DNA of 64,000 bases. Origin: Vicinamibacterales bacterium (GTDB lineage Bacteria; Acidobacteriota; Vicinamibacteria; Vicinamibacterales; UBA2999). The stretch spans positions 202,621-266,620 of the forward strand of contig JBFWZN010000001.1 in the NCBI GenBank assembly GCA_050185275.1, in the 5' to 3' direction. Each line of letters opens with the position of its first letter. Within the stretch, counting starts at the first letter, position 1. The notes under the pieces are model-generated. The model was not told the DNA's origin. It searched no databases and saw only the letters and a program-made list of their open reading frames with translations. Shown piece after piece: positions 1-9,839 of this stretch. Both the position numbers and the translations under genes were made by a program.

Positions 1-134
1 AACGCAAAGGCCCCCGGCTCTGCGGCGGCCGCCAGCGGCTCCGCCAGCCGGGCGGCGTCCAGCGCCGCCTGCCAGGCCTGCGCCTGCGGGTCTGCGTGCG
101 GTGGGGGCGGCGCCTGGCCGGCGGACTGGGACAT
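1..134 (-). CDS. hypothetical protein, N-terminal part only (continues past the left edge)
   Basis: ATG at 134-132 (minus strand) opens a frame reading MSQSAGQAPPPPHADPQAQAWQAALDAARLAEPLAAAAEPGAFA. Third codon positions are strongly G/C. It lies 112 nt downstream of the vWA gene on the same strand. No recognisable domain. Confidence 0.25.
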   Translation of the reverse strand, partial: MSQSAGQAPPPPHADPQAQAWQAALDAARLAEPLAAAAEPGAFA

Positions 135-246
135 GTGGAGTCGAAAACCCTCGGGACCGGACATATCATGCCATGCCCGCGCCGCCCCGAAGTGACGCGC
201 CACGTCTGCGACGCGCCGCACGTGGCGCGCCGCCCGGTGCCGCCGA

Positions 247-2307
247 TCAGCGCACGTAGATGGCGAGTCGTGGAAACACGAAGCGCCCCGTGGCCTCGTC
301 GATCACGTTCACCTGACAGGTGTAGAGCCCCGGTTCGAGACCGGCTGCATCCACCTCGAGCCTGAACCGTGTGGCCCCACGGTCGGTGGCATCCACGTCG
401 GTCCGTACCAGAACCGGCGTCTCGAACACCTTCACGCGGCCCCGGTAGAACGCCAGGCTCGTCGTGAGCTCCGGTCGGGCGGCCTCCGTGAGGCCCGCGT
501 CGTAGACCTCGTAGAGGAAGTACATCCGCTGCTGGCGGGAGACGACGTGGGTGAGGCTGGGCAGCAGCTCGACACCGTCCTGTCGCAGCGGGCTCTGATC
601 GTCTCGCCGGCCCACCTCCCGCAGCTGCGTGCCGAACGTGACCGAACTCATCTTGACAGGCGCCGTGGACAGGTCGGGCACCACCACCGGCGCCTCGAAC
701 GAGCCCATCTCGCCCGTGGTGTTCTCCCTGACCACGACCTTGAGGGAGAACCGGCCCGGTGGAAGCGTCACGGCAGACTGGTACAGCACCTGGCGCGCGG
801 CGAGCCCGCCCGTGCTCTCGCGTGGCACCTGCACCGTGTCGCGAATGCGCCCCACGACCTGGCCGCGCTCGTCGCGCACCAGCCCGAGCACGTCGAGCGA
901 CACGCGGTTGCCGGTGACCGGCACCGCCGAGCCGGGCACCGCCACCGACACGGGCACGTAGAAGCGATCGGGTGCGACCCGAAACCACCCTGCGGCCACC
1001 GACAGGGGCAGGTCGGTGGACGACACGGCGGCCTCCATCTGGGCCTCGAGCTGCGCTTCGCGGTCACGCCGGCCGGCGTGCGCGAAGTCGAGCGGCGCGT
1101 AGTAGCCCTCCCGGTGCTCGACGCGCAAATCCGGCCGTTTCAGGCGCACCGTGATACGCCGGTAGCGCCCGTCGGCGATGTCGTTGGTGCTGGCGTAGCC
1201 GAGCAGGTAGTACGCCGACGTATCCTCGATCACCTGCGCGAACGCCTCGCCGAAGTCGTTGGTGTCGGTGAACGCCCGCCCCCCGGTGTCGGTCGCCAGC
1301 GTGTTGATGGTTTCCTGCGACTGGAACAGCGAGTCGAACTGCTGGCGCACGCCTCGCCCCGAGAACGCCGCGATGCCGCCGCTGCTGCCCTGTGAGGCGT
1401 CGCCGCCGGGCACGACCGCCTGAAGCCCGCGCGAGTCCACCGGGTAGAGCGCCACGTTGGCACGGACGGCCGCGTTGATGGCCGCGCGCAGCTCCACCTG
1501 GTTGTCGCCCCCGCTCGCGTCGAGGCCGCCGCTGAAATACAGCACCGCCTTCTTCTGCTCCACATGGGCGAGGGCATCGGCCAGCAGCCGGATGGCACGC
1601 AGGCGGAGGTCGTTGCTGAAGAGGGCGAACTCGGTGCCCAGCGCGTCGGCCGGCGGGTCGGTGGTCGTGGCGGCAAGCTCATCGCTGGCTGCAGTGGTGG
1701 CGGCCCCGGTGGCCCCAGCGGTGCTGCTCAGCCGGAACGCCGCCAGGACCTCGAGCAGGCGCTCACGGTCGGCCGTGAAGTCCGACCGCACCGTGAACAC
1801 GGTGTCGATCGACGCGACGGCGACCAGGTCTGCCGCGGTCATCTGCTCTTCCACGTAGGTGATGGCGGCGCGCCCGGCCCGATCGACGTCCTCGGGCTGC
1901 ATCGAACTCAGGTCGAAGAGCAGGACGACCAGGCGACGGCCGGCCAGATCCACCGCCGGCACGCCGGCCGGTGGCGCGGGCGTGTCGCCTGCCGCCGGGG
2001 TGGCCGCGGGGACGACGGGCACAGGAGCCCCGGCCTGCAGGAGCGGCTGCAGGACCAGCGGCGCGGGTGCCGCGGCAATCTCCTCGAAGTCGAACGAGCG
2101 GACCTGCTGCGGCCGGCCGTTCTCGAGGACCTCGAAATCGTCCATCGTCAGGCCGTGCACGACACGGCCCTCACGGTCCCGTACGACGACGTCGACGACG
2201 ACCAGATCGACGTCGGCGCGGAAGACGGCGTCCTGGGCCCGGGGAGCCGCGGAGCCGGCCAGTGCCAGCGCGACGGCGAGCGCGGTGACGAGCAGGCGCC
2301 TCGTCAT
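247..2307 (-). CDS. von Willebrand factor A (vWA) domain protein, acidobacterial VWFA-related type, secreted
   Basis: The internal start MTRRLLVTALAVALALAGSAAPRAQD looks like a signal peptide. The N-terminal module (FRADVDLVVVDVVVRDREGRVVHGLTMDDFEVLENGRPQ) is followed by a vWA-like core (RRLVVLLFDLSSMQPEDV...KAVLYFSGGL...ALYPVDSRGL). Its ATG (2307-2305) overlaps the upstream gene's stop as ATGA. The 377 codons upstream in the listed ORF overlap that upstream gene in another frame and are not coding. Confidence 0.85.
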   Translation of the reverse strand: MTRRLLVTALAVALALAGSAAPRAQDAVFRADVDLVVVDVVVRDREGRVVHGLTMDDFEVLENGRPQQVRSFDFEEIAAAPAPLVLQPLLQAGAPVPVVPAATPAAGDTPAPPAGVPAVDLAGRRLVVLLFDLSSMQPEDVDRAGRAAITYVEEQMTAADLVAVASIDTVFTVRSDFTADRERLLEVLAAFRLSSTAGATGAATTAASDELAATTTDPPADALGTEFALFSNDLRLRAIRLLADALAHVEQKKAVLYFSGGLDASGGDNQVELRAAINAAVRANVALYPVDSRGLQAVVPGGDASQGSSGGIAAFSGRGVRQQFDSLFQSQETINTLATDTGGRAFTDTNDFGEAFAQVIEDTSAYYLLGYASTNDIADGRYRRITVRLKRPDLRVEHREGYYAPLDFAHAGRRDREAQLEAQMEAAVSSTDLPLSVAAGWFRVAPDRFYVPVSVAVPGSAVPVTGNRVSLDVLGLVRDERGQVVGRIRDTVQVPRESTGGLAARQVLYQSAVTLPPGRFSLKVVVRENTTGEMGSFEAPVVVPDLSTAPVKMSSVTFGTQLREVGRRDDQSPLRQDGVELLPSLTHVVSRQQRMYFLYEVYDAGLTEAARPELTTSLAFYRGRVKVFETPVLVRTDVDATDRGATRFRLEVDAAGLEPGLYTCQVNVIDEATGRFVFPRLAIYVR

Positions 2308-5300
2308 CAGAACCGGAACCTCAGGTCGAGCGTGGCGGCGCGCATCGGGCGCACGGAGGTGACCTGTCCGAACGAGGGGGAGTTCACCGTCGTGTCCACC
2401 GAGGCGTACTGGACACGGTTGAGGATATTGGTCACGTTCAGGCGCAGGGCCACCGATTGCCGATCGCCCAGCGAGACGTTTCGCGAGAACGAGGCGTCCA
2501 GCTGCGCGCTGCCGGGGCCGATGATCGTGTTGCGGCCGGCGGTGCCGAAGGCACCGGCGGCTGGCAGGGCGAAGGCCGACGTATTGAAGTAGTGGAGCAG
2601 CGTCGGATCGTCCAGGGCCACGGGGGCGCCGGTGGCATCCGCACGCAGCGTGCCGTTGGTGCCACGGGCGACGTCGGCGACGGCGGCCAGGACGCGTGCG
2701 GTGAGCGGCGTCCCCGACTGTGCGCTGAAGGAGGCATTCACCGTCCAGTCGCCCAGCAGAGCCGCCCACGCCCCACCCTGCGTGAGCCACCGGCGGCCAT
2801 CGCCGAACGGCAGATCGATCGAGACGTTCGCGGTGAGCTGATGGCGTCGATCGAAGGAGGAGAGGCTTCGCTCCGCGGCCAGGTTCGTATCGTCCTGGGC
2901 CACGAGGCCACCGCCGCCCGACAGCGATGACGCGTTGTCGATCGACTTGGCCAGCGTGTACGACACGCGCGTGCCGATGCCCCGTGCCTGGCGCCGCTGC
3001 AGCCGCGCCGTGGTGGAGTGCAGGATGGAGGTCCCCTGGGACGTCTGCCACGTGAACGGCTGAACGCCCTCGATGCGCAGGCCGTCGGGGCCTCGGTTGG
3101 GCGCACGGAGCATGTCGAGGTGGGACCCGCGCGTGCCGGTGTAGCCGGTGGACAGCGCCCAGCCCCGCCCGAGGTTCCGGTTCACGTCGAGGTTCCAGGT
3201 CTGGATCACGCCGAGCTGGTAGTCCACGGCGATGCCGTAGTTGTTCGTGGTCGTCTGCGGCGTCACCGCCGTGAGCGCGCTCGTGAGCGCCAGCGGGGCC
3301 TCGGCGGTACCGAGACTGGTGGCCGTGACAGCGAACGGGGGCTGGGCGACGAGCTGACGTGCGATGGTGGCGTACGAGCCGTTGTTGAAGCTCACGCCGT
3401 AGCCGCTCCGCACCACCGTGCGCGGATTCACGCGCCACGCCACGCCGACCCGGGGCGCGACGTTGTTGCGGTCCGTGCGCACCAGGGCGTCGGGATACGT
3501 GCCGGAGAAGGCACCCTCGCCCCCGGCCAGCACCGGCGCCACGGCCGTGAAGCCGGGATTCGCGTCGAGATTCACCATGCGGCCAGCGGCCTCGGTGAAC
3601 GGCTGCACCAGTTCGTAGCGGACGCCGAGGTTGATCGTGACCGGACCGCCGGGACGCCAGTCGTCCTGCGCGAAGGCGGCGAAGGAGCGGGCCCGCAGTT
3701 CCACGAGTCCTGGTCCGTACTGCACCGAGGCCTGTTGCGGCAGACCCAGCAAGAAGTCTGCGAGGTCGAGGCCGGTTCGTCCGGAGACTGGCACGCCCCC
3801 GCCCGCGTAGAGACCCGTGAAGATGAACGTGCCCCGGGCATTGGCGTCGGTCTGGCTCGACACGGCGTCCTGCCGGACATCGGTGCCGAACCGCAGGGTG
3901 TGCCGGGTGGAGGGACGCGACACCGTGTACGAGACCTGGAGCCGGCGATCCGCGCGCCGCGAGGGCACGGTGTCGCTCACGCTGGTCACGCTGGCGAACG
4001 ACAGGTTCGGGACACCCCAGGTGAAGGGATCCTCGGCGGCCCCGGCGATGCCCGCGTCACCGGCCACGTCCTGGGTGAAGGCGAAGCGGTTGGCGGTGAC
4101 CGACGTGGTGCGCGTCACGCTGACGTTCAGTCCGTGCAGCAGGGGTCCCTTGGCGACGTCGAGCCGGATGGGCACGGCGAGCGTCGTCCCGCGGGTCACC
4201 CCGTCGAGTTGCGGAAAGACGTCGAGGCGGTCGGCGCGGTTGCGCCGGTACTGGACCTGCCCGTTCAGGATGACGTTGGTCGGCAACGCCGCCCCGGCGG
4301 CCGTGCCTCGCCCGCGGCCCCCGCCCAATCCACCGCCCCGGCGGCCGCCGCCTGCGACGGGCGTCTCCGGATTCCGGAAGCGTTGCGTCACGCGGAGGCT
4401 GATGTTGTCGCTCACGTTTCCCGCGGTCCGCGCGTTCTGGTAGTTCTGCGCCATGCCGTCGAGGGTGGGCAGGGGGACGACGCGCAGCAGCGCCACGGCG
4501 GCCGGGTCGATGCGGTCCGCAGGAATGCGGTTGTCGGGAAAGGGCAGGCCCGTCACCGGGTCGATCACGGGCGCAGCCAGACTGGAGAAGTCGCCCTCGC
4601 GCAGGGCGGCCGAGGCCACCGTGGCGTATTGGTCGCGCAGGTCCCGCCCGCGCGAGCCGGAGTAGTTGAACTGGATGGTGGTGGGGAAGTTCTGGCCGAC
4701 CCGCGGCAGCGGCAGGCGTCCGCCGAACGACGCGCCGAACTGCTGGCGGGTGAATTCCCGGTCCGTCGTCGCACCCGGCCGCAGCGCATAGGGCGCCGCT
4801 GTCAGCCCCGACCCCGTGACGTTGTACGTCGTCGTGCCCTGGAATCGCTCCTGGCCGCCGCCGCGACCACCGCCGAATCCGCCGCGTCCGCCGCCGAAAC
4901 CACCGAAGCCGCCCTGAAAGGCGCCGGCCTGTCCGGCGATGCCCGGGCGCAGGTCGCCCCGTTCGATGGCATCGCGCCGGTCGGACAATGCGCCCTGGTC
5001 GAGACGCGCGGTCTCGCCAGTGATGGCCACGGCCTCGGTGGACGCCTCGATGGAGAACCCCGGGGGCAGCAGGCGCGCCGCGTCGGCGTCGCCCGCCTCA
5101 TCCTCGTCGGTGGGCGCACCCGCCGTGTCCTGACGCTGAACCGTGAGCGTCTCGAATCCCGCGCCCCTGCCGCGGCCTCCCGCGCGGGCGGCTTCTGGGC
5201 CAGGCGCCCTCGCCCGCGCGCCACCCGAGCCGCGAGCCTGTGGCGGGGCTCCTGTGTCGGGCGCAGGTGGAGGCGCAGCACCCGCCCCGTCTACCGCAGG

Positions 5301-5777
5301 GCCGTCAGAGACCACCGCGCCAGCACCGTCGCTGGTGCCGGAGGCGGTGGTGCCGGAGGCGGTGGCCCGGCCACTGGCTGTGGCCGTGGTGGCTCCGGCT
5401 GACTGGAGCCGGGACGCCAGCGACAGGGCGATATCGACGACCTGCGCGCAGGGCGCACCGTCAAGGACGAGCGTCTGGGTGACTGCGGCAAAGGCGGTGA
5501 GCTCGGCACTGAGCGTGTAGCGTCCGGCCGGCAGGGCCAGGCGATAGCGCCCGTCCACCCCGGTGGACGTGAGGGCCAGGACGCGCTCCGCGTCGCGCAC
5601 CGTGATGGTGACGCCGGGCAAGGTCTGCCCCGTGCTGGTGAGGAGGCCGTCCACGCGGCAGGGGGCTGTGCCTTGGGCAAGCGCCGGGGTCGGCGCCCAC
5701 ACCGCCAGCAGGACCAAAGCCACGGTCCTGAAGCGCGCGGCGAGACGGCGCACGGGGTGCGGCGGGCGCAAGGGCAT
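2307..5777 (-). CDS. outer-membrane beta-barrel protein: carboxypeptidase-regulatory-like domain plus TonB-dependent-receptor-like barrel
   Basis: Signal peptide (VALVLLAVWAPTPALAQG). CarboxypepD_reg-like segment (GVTITVRDAERVLALTSTGVDGRYRLALPAGRYTLSAEL). Gly/Arg-rich linkers (GGFGGFGGGRGGFGGGRGGG). Long barrel region ending in the aromatic terminus TLDLRFRF, typical of OM barrels. Confidence 0.85.
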   Translation of the reverse strand: MPLRPPHPVRRLAARFRTVALVLLAVWAPTPALAQGTAPCRVDGLLTSTGQTLPGVTITVRDAERVLALTSTGVDGRYRLALPAGRYTLSAELTAFAAVTQTLVLDGAPCAQVVDIALSLASRLQSAGATTATASGRATASGTTASGTSDGAGAVVSDGPAVDGAGAAPPPAPDTGAPPQARGSGGARARAPGPEAARAGGRGRGAGFETLTVQRQDTAGAPTDEDEAGDADAARLLPPGFSIEASTEAVAITGETARLDQGALSDRRDAIERGDLRPGIAGQAGAFQGGFGGFGGGRGGFGGGRGGGQERFQGTTTYNVTGSGLTAAPYALRPGATTDREFTRQQFGASFGGRLPLPRVGQNFPTTIQFNYSGSRGRDLRDQYATVASAALREGDFSSLAAPVIDPVTGLPFPDNRIPADRIDPAAVALLRVVPLPTLDGMAQNYQNARTAGNVSDNISLRVTQRFRNPETPVAGGGRRGGGLGGGRGRGTAAGAALPTNVILNGQVQYRRNRADRLDVFPQLDGVTRGTTLAVPIRLDVAKGPLLHGLNVSVTRTTSVTANRFAFTQDVAGDAGIAGAAEDPFTWGVPNLSFASVTSVSDTVPSRRADRRLQVSYTVSRPSTRHTLRFGTDVRQDAVSSQTDANARGTFIFTGLYAGGGVPVSGRTGLDLADFLLGLPQQASVQYGPGLVELRARSFAAFAQDDWRPGGPVTINLGVRYELVQPFTEAAGRMVNLDANPGFTAVAPVLAGGEGAFSGTYPDALVRTDRNNVAPRVGVAWRVNPRTVVRSGYGVSFNNGSYATIARQLVAQPPFAVTATSLGTAEAPLALTSALTAVTPQTTTNNYGIAVDYQLGVIQTWNLDVNRNLGRGWALSTGYTGTRGSHLDMLRAPNRGPDGLRIEGVQPFTWQTSQGTSILHSTTARLQRRQARGIGTRVSYTLAKSIDNASSLSGGGGLVAQDDTNLAAERSLSSFDRRHQLTANVSIDLPFGDGRRWLTQGGAWAALLGDWTVNASFSAQSGTPLTARVLAAVADVARGTNGTLRADATGAPVALDDPTLLHYFNTSAFALPAAGAFGTAGRNTIIGPGSAQLDASFSRNVSLGDRQSVALRLNVTNILNRVQYASVDTTVNSPSFGQVTSVRPMRAATLDLRFRF

Positions 5778-6061
5778 GGCGGCTCACGATGATCACACAG
5801 TTCCGGACCGCGCTGGACCTGCCACAGTCTTTTCACCGAGGTCCCGCAGCCTGGACGAGAGTCACGCGCGGTGGCCGCACGCCCGGCGTGGGCGATGCAC
5901 TGCGTCACGGCCTGCCGCTCCTCAGAGGTGGGCTGGGCCCGCCACGAGGGTGACCTGCCCCACGCGCCGCCCCGGCGGTATGCTGAGGGCCGTGCCCGCC
6001 GCCATCCGTTCCGGGTGAGCCGGACGGTGCGTGGACGTGGACGCAGGGGAGAACTGAGGCC

Positions 6062-6835
6062 GTGCTCAAGCGCATCCTGATTGCCGCCGGCGTCCTCCTG
6101 GGGGCGCTCGTGCTCGTCGTGGCCGTCCTGGCGTATGCGACCTTCGCGGGACGCAAGCCCATCGCCGACGGACTGGACATCCGCGGTATCCACATCGTCC
6201 AGGACGGCATCACGAGTCTGGCCATCGTACCTGTCGGCGCGGGCCGCGTGGCGCTGGTGGACGCCGGCAACGACCCCGCCGGCGAGGCCGTCCTGGCGGA
6301 ACTTCGCCGGCAGGCGCTGGGCCCCGAGGCCGTCACCGCCGTGCTGCTGACGCACGGCCACGCCGATCACCTGGGTGCCATCGCGCGGTTTCCCGGAGCC
6401 GAGGTGCTGGCGCTCGCGTCCGAGGTGGACGTGGTCGAGGGGCGTGTGGGAACCCACGGTCCGCTGACCCGCCTGTTCCCCGTGACGCCGACGGGCGTCG
6501 TGGTGTCTCGGCCGCTGCAGGACGGTGAAATCGTGTCTCTGGGTGACGTGGACGCGCGGGTCTACGCCGTGCCCGGCCACACGCCCGGCAGCGCGGCGTA
6601 CCTGATCAACGGCGTCTTGTTCGTGGGGGATTCGGCCGACGTGGACAGCCGCGACCAGGTGATCGGCGCGCCCTGGCCGTTCAGTGACAGCCAGGTCCAG
6701 AACCGGGCCTCTCTGGTGCAGCTGGGCGAACGCCTCCGGAGCGCGGGGCTCGCCGTGGAAGCGATCGTGCCGGCGCATTCGGGCGCACTCCGGGTGGGTC
6801 TCGAACCGCTGCTCGCCTTCGCCAGGGAACCATGA
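6062..6835 (+). CDS. membrane-anchored MBL-fold metallo-hydrolase
   Basis: GTG start and an N-terminal TM helix (ILIAAGVLLGALVLVVAVLAYA). HxHxDH motif (LLTHGHADHLG), plus downstream GHTPGS and PAHSG. Confidence 0.85.
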   Translation: MLKRILIAAGVLLGALVLVVAVLAYATFAGRKPIADGLDIRGIHIVQDGITSLAIVPVGAGRVALVDAGNDPAGEAVLAELRRQALGPEAVTAVLLTHGHADHLGAIARFPGAEVLALASEVDVVEGRVGTHGPLTRLFPVTPTGVVVSRPLQDGEIVSLGDVDARVYAVPGHTPGSAAYLINGVLFVGDSADVDSRDQVIGAPWPFSDSQVQNRASLVQLGERLRSAGLAVEAIVPAHSGALRVGLEPLLAFAREP

Positions 6836-7914
6836 GCCGGTCCGCGGGACGGCTCACCGCGGGTGTGGCCGTGTGCGTGGCGGCGGTGGTGTGTGCCGCG
6901 GTTCCCCTGCCCGAGGACGTCGTGGAGCGCTGGTTCTCCCTCGCCTGGTACCCGCTCGTCCAGCGCGTCCTCACCCCCGCGACGAATCTGCTGCCCCTGG
7001 CCGTGCTCGACGGGCTGATCGTCGTGGCGCTGGCGGGGGTGACGGCATGGGCCCTGGGCGCCTGGCGGGCGACCCGGCAGGGCGGCTGGGTCGGGTTTGG
7101 CTCCCACGTCGGATGGCTGGTGGTGGCGACGGCCGCCCTCTACCTCGTGTTCCTGACGTGCTGGGGGTTCAACTACCAGCGGATACCGATGTCGAGCCGC
7201 CTCGTGCTCGACGGCGACCCGCCGGATGCCGCCGCCGTCGAGCAGCTCGGGTTGGACGCCGCGGCACGGCTCAACGAGCTGTGGCCCGCCGCACGGACCA
7301 CCGACGGCGACATCGAACCGTGGAGGAATGCGCCGTTGCGTGCGGCCTTCGATGAGGTGCAGCGGGCGCTGTCGGAGGCGCCCCCCGCCACACCGGGGCG
7401 GCTGAAGCAGACGATGCTCGGCCCCTACTTCACCTGGGTGAGCGTGGACGGCATGATCAATCCGTTCGGCCTGGAAGTGCTGGCCAACCCGGAGATCCTG
7501 CCGTTCGAACGTCCGTTCGTCGCCGCCCACGAGTGGGCGCACCTGGCCGGGTACGCCGACGAGTCGGAGGCGAATTTCGTGGGCTGGCTGACGTGCCTGC
7601 GTGCCGCACCGCTCGCCCAGTACAGCGGATGGCTGCACGTGTTCTCGCAGGTGAGCGGCGCACTCGGCGCCGGGGCGGCGGGGCGGATGTCCGACGCGCT
7701 CGACCCGGGGCCGCGAGCCGACCTGGCCGCCATCGGCGCACGCGTCCGTGCGAGCCGCATCCCGGCGTTGAGCACGCGCAGTTGGCAGGTGTACGACCGC
7801 TACCTGCGGGCCAACCGGGTTCCCGGCGGCGTCCGCAACTACGGCGCCGTCGTGACCCTGATCCTGCAGACCCGCTTCGAGGATGGCTGGCGACCCGTCC
7901 GGCGCCCGCGGTAA
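6832..7914 (+). CDS. DUF3810-type membrane zinc-metallopeptidase-like protein
   Basis: ATGA overlap with the MBL gene. N-terminal TM helices. HExxH-type motif within FVAAHEWAHLAGYADESEANFVGWL, characteristic of DUF3810. Confidence 0.75.
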   Translation: MSRSAGRLTAGVAVCVAAVVCAAVPLPEDVVERWFSLAWYPLVQRVLTPATNLLPLAVLDGLIVVALAGVTAWALGAWRATRQGGWVGFGSHVGWLVVATAALYLVFLTCWGFNYQRIPMSSRLVLDGDPPDAAAVEQLGLDAAARLNELWPAARTTDGDIEPWRNAPLRAAFDEVQRALSEAPPATPGRLKQTMLGPYFTWVSVDGMINPFGLEVLANPEILPFERPFVAAHEWAHLAGYADESEANFVGWLTCLRAAPLAQYSGWLHVFSQVSGALGAGAAGRMSDALDPGPRADLAAIGARVRASRIPALSTRSWQVYDRYLRANRVPGGVRNYGAVVTLILQTRFEDGWRPVRRPR

Positions 7915-7986
7915 CGCGGACCGCACGCGCCGGCACGATCCGCCCCGATGCGTTCGCTGCCGTCGCCTTCGCTCCCGTCCCCCCGT

Positions 7987-9090
7987 TCACGGCGCCGGGA
8001 CGATTCGCACCGCAGCCCGGCGGAGGCGATCCCGCACCGCGGGCCCGAGCCCGTCGCTGGCGGCCAGGTCGCGCACGAACAGGACATCCAGACCCGCGGC
8101 GTCCAGTTCGCGGAGGGCGCCGTAGAGCCGGCGCGCCACGAAGGCCGGATCCGTGTCGGGGCCGATCCCGGCGACCTGGACCCCGCACGCCCGACACCAG
8201 GCCAGGTCCGGGTCGTAGGCGAGCACCCCCACCCGGTGTCCGCTGGCGAGGGATGCTTCCACCAGCGCGCGCAGTCGCGCTCCGCCTTCCGCGGGTGCGC
8301 CGGTCACGAGGGTCAGGGGCGTGCGGGGCGCGTAGTGCCGCGACAGCATGCCGGGCGAGGGCATGGCGCTGGCCGCGGCGGTGCCGGGTGCGACGTTGAC
8401 GGCCCATGCGGTGTCAGCGGATGCGGCACCCGCCGGTACCGGTTCGCGCCGGGCCACGCCCGGCACCACCTCCCGCAGTTGCTCGAGGCTGACAGCTCCC
8501 GGCCGCAGGATGCGCGGTGGATCGGTGGTGAGATCGAGGACCGTCGACTCCACGCCCACATCGGTGGCGCCCGCGTCGAGGACCATGTCGATCCGGTCTG
8601 CGAGGTCGTCCAGCACGTGGGCGGCGGTGGTCGGACTGGGTCGGGAGAAGAGGTTGGCGCTCGGCGCAGCCACGGGAACGGGACAGCGCTCGAGCAGGGC
8701 ACGGGCCACCGGGTGCGCAGGCACGCGCACGGCGACCGTGTCCAGGCCAGCCGTCACTTCGTCCGGCAGGTCGGGGTGGCGGGGGAGGACCAGCGTCAGC
8801 GGCCCAGGCCAGAAGCGCGCCGCGAGGCGGTGCGCCAGGGGCGGCAGCCCGCCGACGACGGCCGACAACCGCGCGAGGTCGGCCGCATGGACGATGAGCG
8901 GATCGTTGGCGGGTCGGCCCTTCGCGGCGAAGAGCCGCCCGACGGCGGCCCGGTCCAGCGCGTTGACCCCGAGACCGTAGACCGTCTCGGTGGGAAACGC
9001 GACAAGACCGCCGCGTGCGAGGCAGCGAGCCGCCAGGACGAGCGGCGCCGCCTGGGGACGGAGGGGATCCACCACGAAGACCTCAGCCAT
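7987..9090 (-). CDS. tsaC: L-threonylcarbamoyladenylate synthase, long Sua5/YwlC form
   Basis: Start taken at internal MAEVFVVDPL (cat at 9088-9090). Motifs seen: LVAFPTETVYGLGVNALD, DPLIVH, GPLTLVL, VAAPSANLFSRPSPT and a C-terminal Sua5 domain. Confidence 0.9.
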   Translation of the reverse strand: MAEVFVVDPLRPQAAPLVLAARCLARGGLVAFPTETVYGLGVNALDRAAVGRLFAAKGRPANDPLIVHAADLARLSAVVGGLPPLAHRLAARFWPGPLTLVLPRHPDLPDEVTAGLDTVAVRVPAHPVARALLERCPVPVAAPSANLFSRPSPTTAAHVLDDLADRIDMVLDAGATDVGVESTVLDLTTDPPRILRPGAVSLEQLREVVPGVARREPVPAGAASADTAWAVNVAPGTAAASAMPSPGMLSRHYAPRTPLTLVTGAPAEGGARLRALVEASLASGHRVGVLAYDPDLAWCRACGVQVAGIGPDTDPAFVARRLYGALRELDAAGLDVLFVRDLAASDGLGPAVRDRLRRAAVRIVPAP

Positions 9091-9155
9091 GTGTGCGCGC
9101 CGATTATACGAGCCGCGTCCTGCCGTCGGGGGTCGCGGGTGTATCCTTGAGCGCG

Positions 9156-9710
9156 ATGCAGGGCGCACTTCCTTTCGGGCAGAAGGAGGAGCTGCCGCCG
9201 CTCGAACTCGAGTTCGTGCGGCATGCGCGGGCGCGCCGCTATCGACTCCGCGTGGAGCCCGACGGGAAGGTGCGCGTCACCATTCCCCGCGGTGGGTCCC
9301 GGCGCGAGGCGGCCGCGTTCGCGGCGGCCAACGCGACGTGGCTCGACGCGCACCGGCACGCGGTCGTCTCGCGGCCGAGGATGCCGGACTCGCTGGAGGC
9401 CCGGATGCGCGCGCGCGACGAACTGCCCGCGCGTGCGTGGGAGCTGGCGGCCATGCACGGCCTGTCGCCCGCGCGGGTGAGCGTGCGCGACCAGCGCTCG
9501 CGCTGGGGCTCGTGCGGCAGGAACGGGCACATCTGCCTCAACTGGCGGCTCGTGCTCATGCCCCCGGCCGTCAGGGACTACGTGATCCTGCACGAGCTGA
9601 TGCACCTGCGACAGATGAACCACTCGGCGGCCTTCTGGCGGCTCGTCGCGGCCGCGTGCCCCGATTACCGGGCGGCGCAGACCTGGCTTCGTCAGCATCG
9701 GCCGTGGTGA
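9156..9710 (+). CDS. YgjP-like (DUF45/M48-like) metal-dependent hydrolase
   Basis: Start at internal MQGALPFG. C-terminal HExxH within YVILHELMHLRQMNHSAAFW, preceded by RWGSC. Confidence 0.8.
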   Translation: MQGALPFGQKEELPPLELEFVRHARARRYRLRVEPDGKVRVTIPRGGSRREAAAFAAANATWLDAHRHAVVSRPRMPDSLEARMRARDELPARAWELAAMHGLSPARVSVRDQRSRWGSCGRNGHICLNWRLVLMPPAVRDYVILHELMHLRQMNHSAAFWRLVAAACPDYRAAQTWLRQHRPW

Positions 9711-9839
9711 CCGCCCCGCCCGGACGGGCACGCGCCGGAATGCTGGAACCCTGATGGCCGCCGGTGGCATCCAACCCCCTGCGGGTCGCGATACGCGGCA
9801 GGCCGTCCGCGCGGGTGTCGCGCAACGAGGAGCCACCTC

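Noticed and set aside
2308-3438. N-terminal 377-codon extension of the listed 1,063-aa ORF (247-3438)
   Set aside because: The extension is Arg/Pro/His-rich nonsense and overlaps the C-terminal barrel region of the upstream OM protein gene in another frame. A clean signal peptide starts at the internal Met (2307), which forms an ATGA overlap with that gene's stop.
3018-5402. 794-aa plus-strand ORF opposite the outer-membrane barrel gene. The same applies to 25285-27459 (+) opposite the TonB-dependent receptor, and to 19365-20900 (+) and 20897-22291 (+)
   Set aside because: All are high-GC shadow frames with Arg/Gly/Pro/His-rich translations. The opposite strands encode proteins with signal peptides and family motifs.
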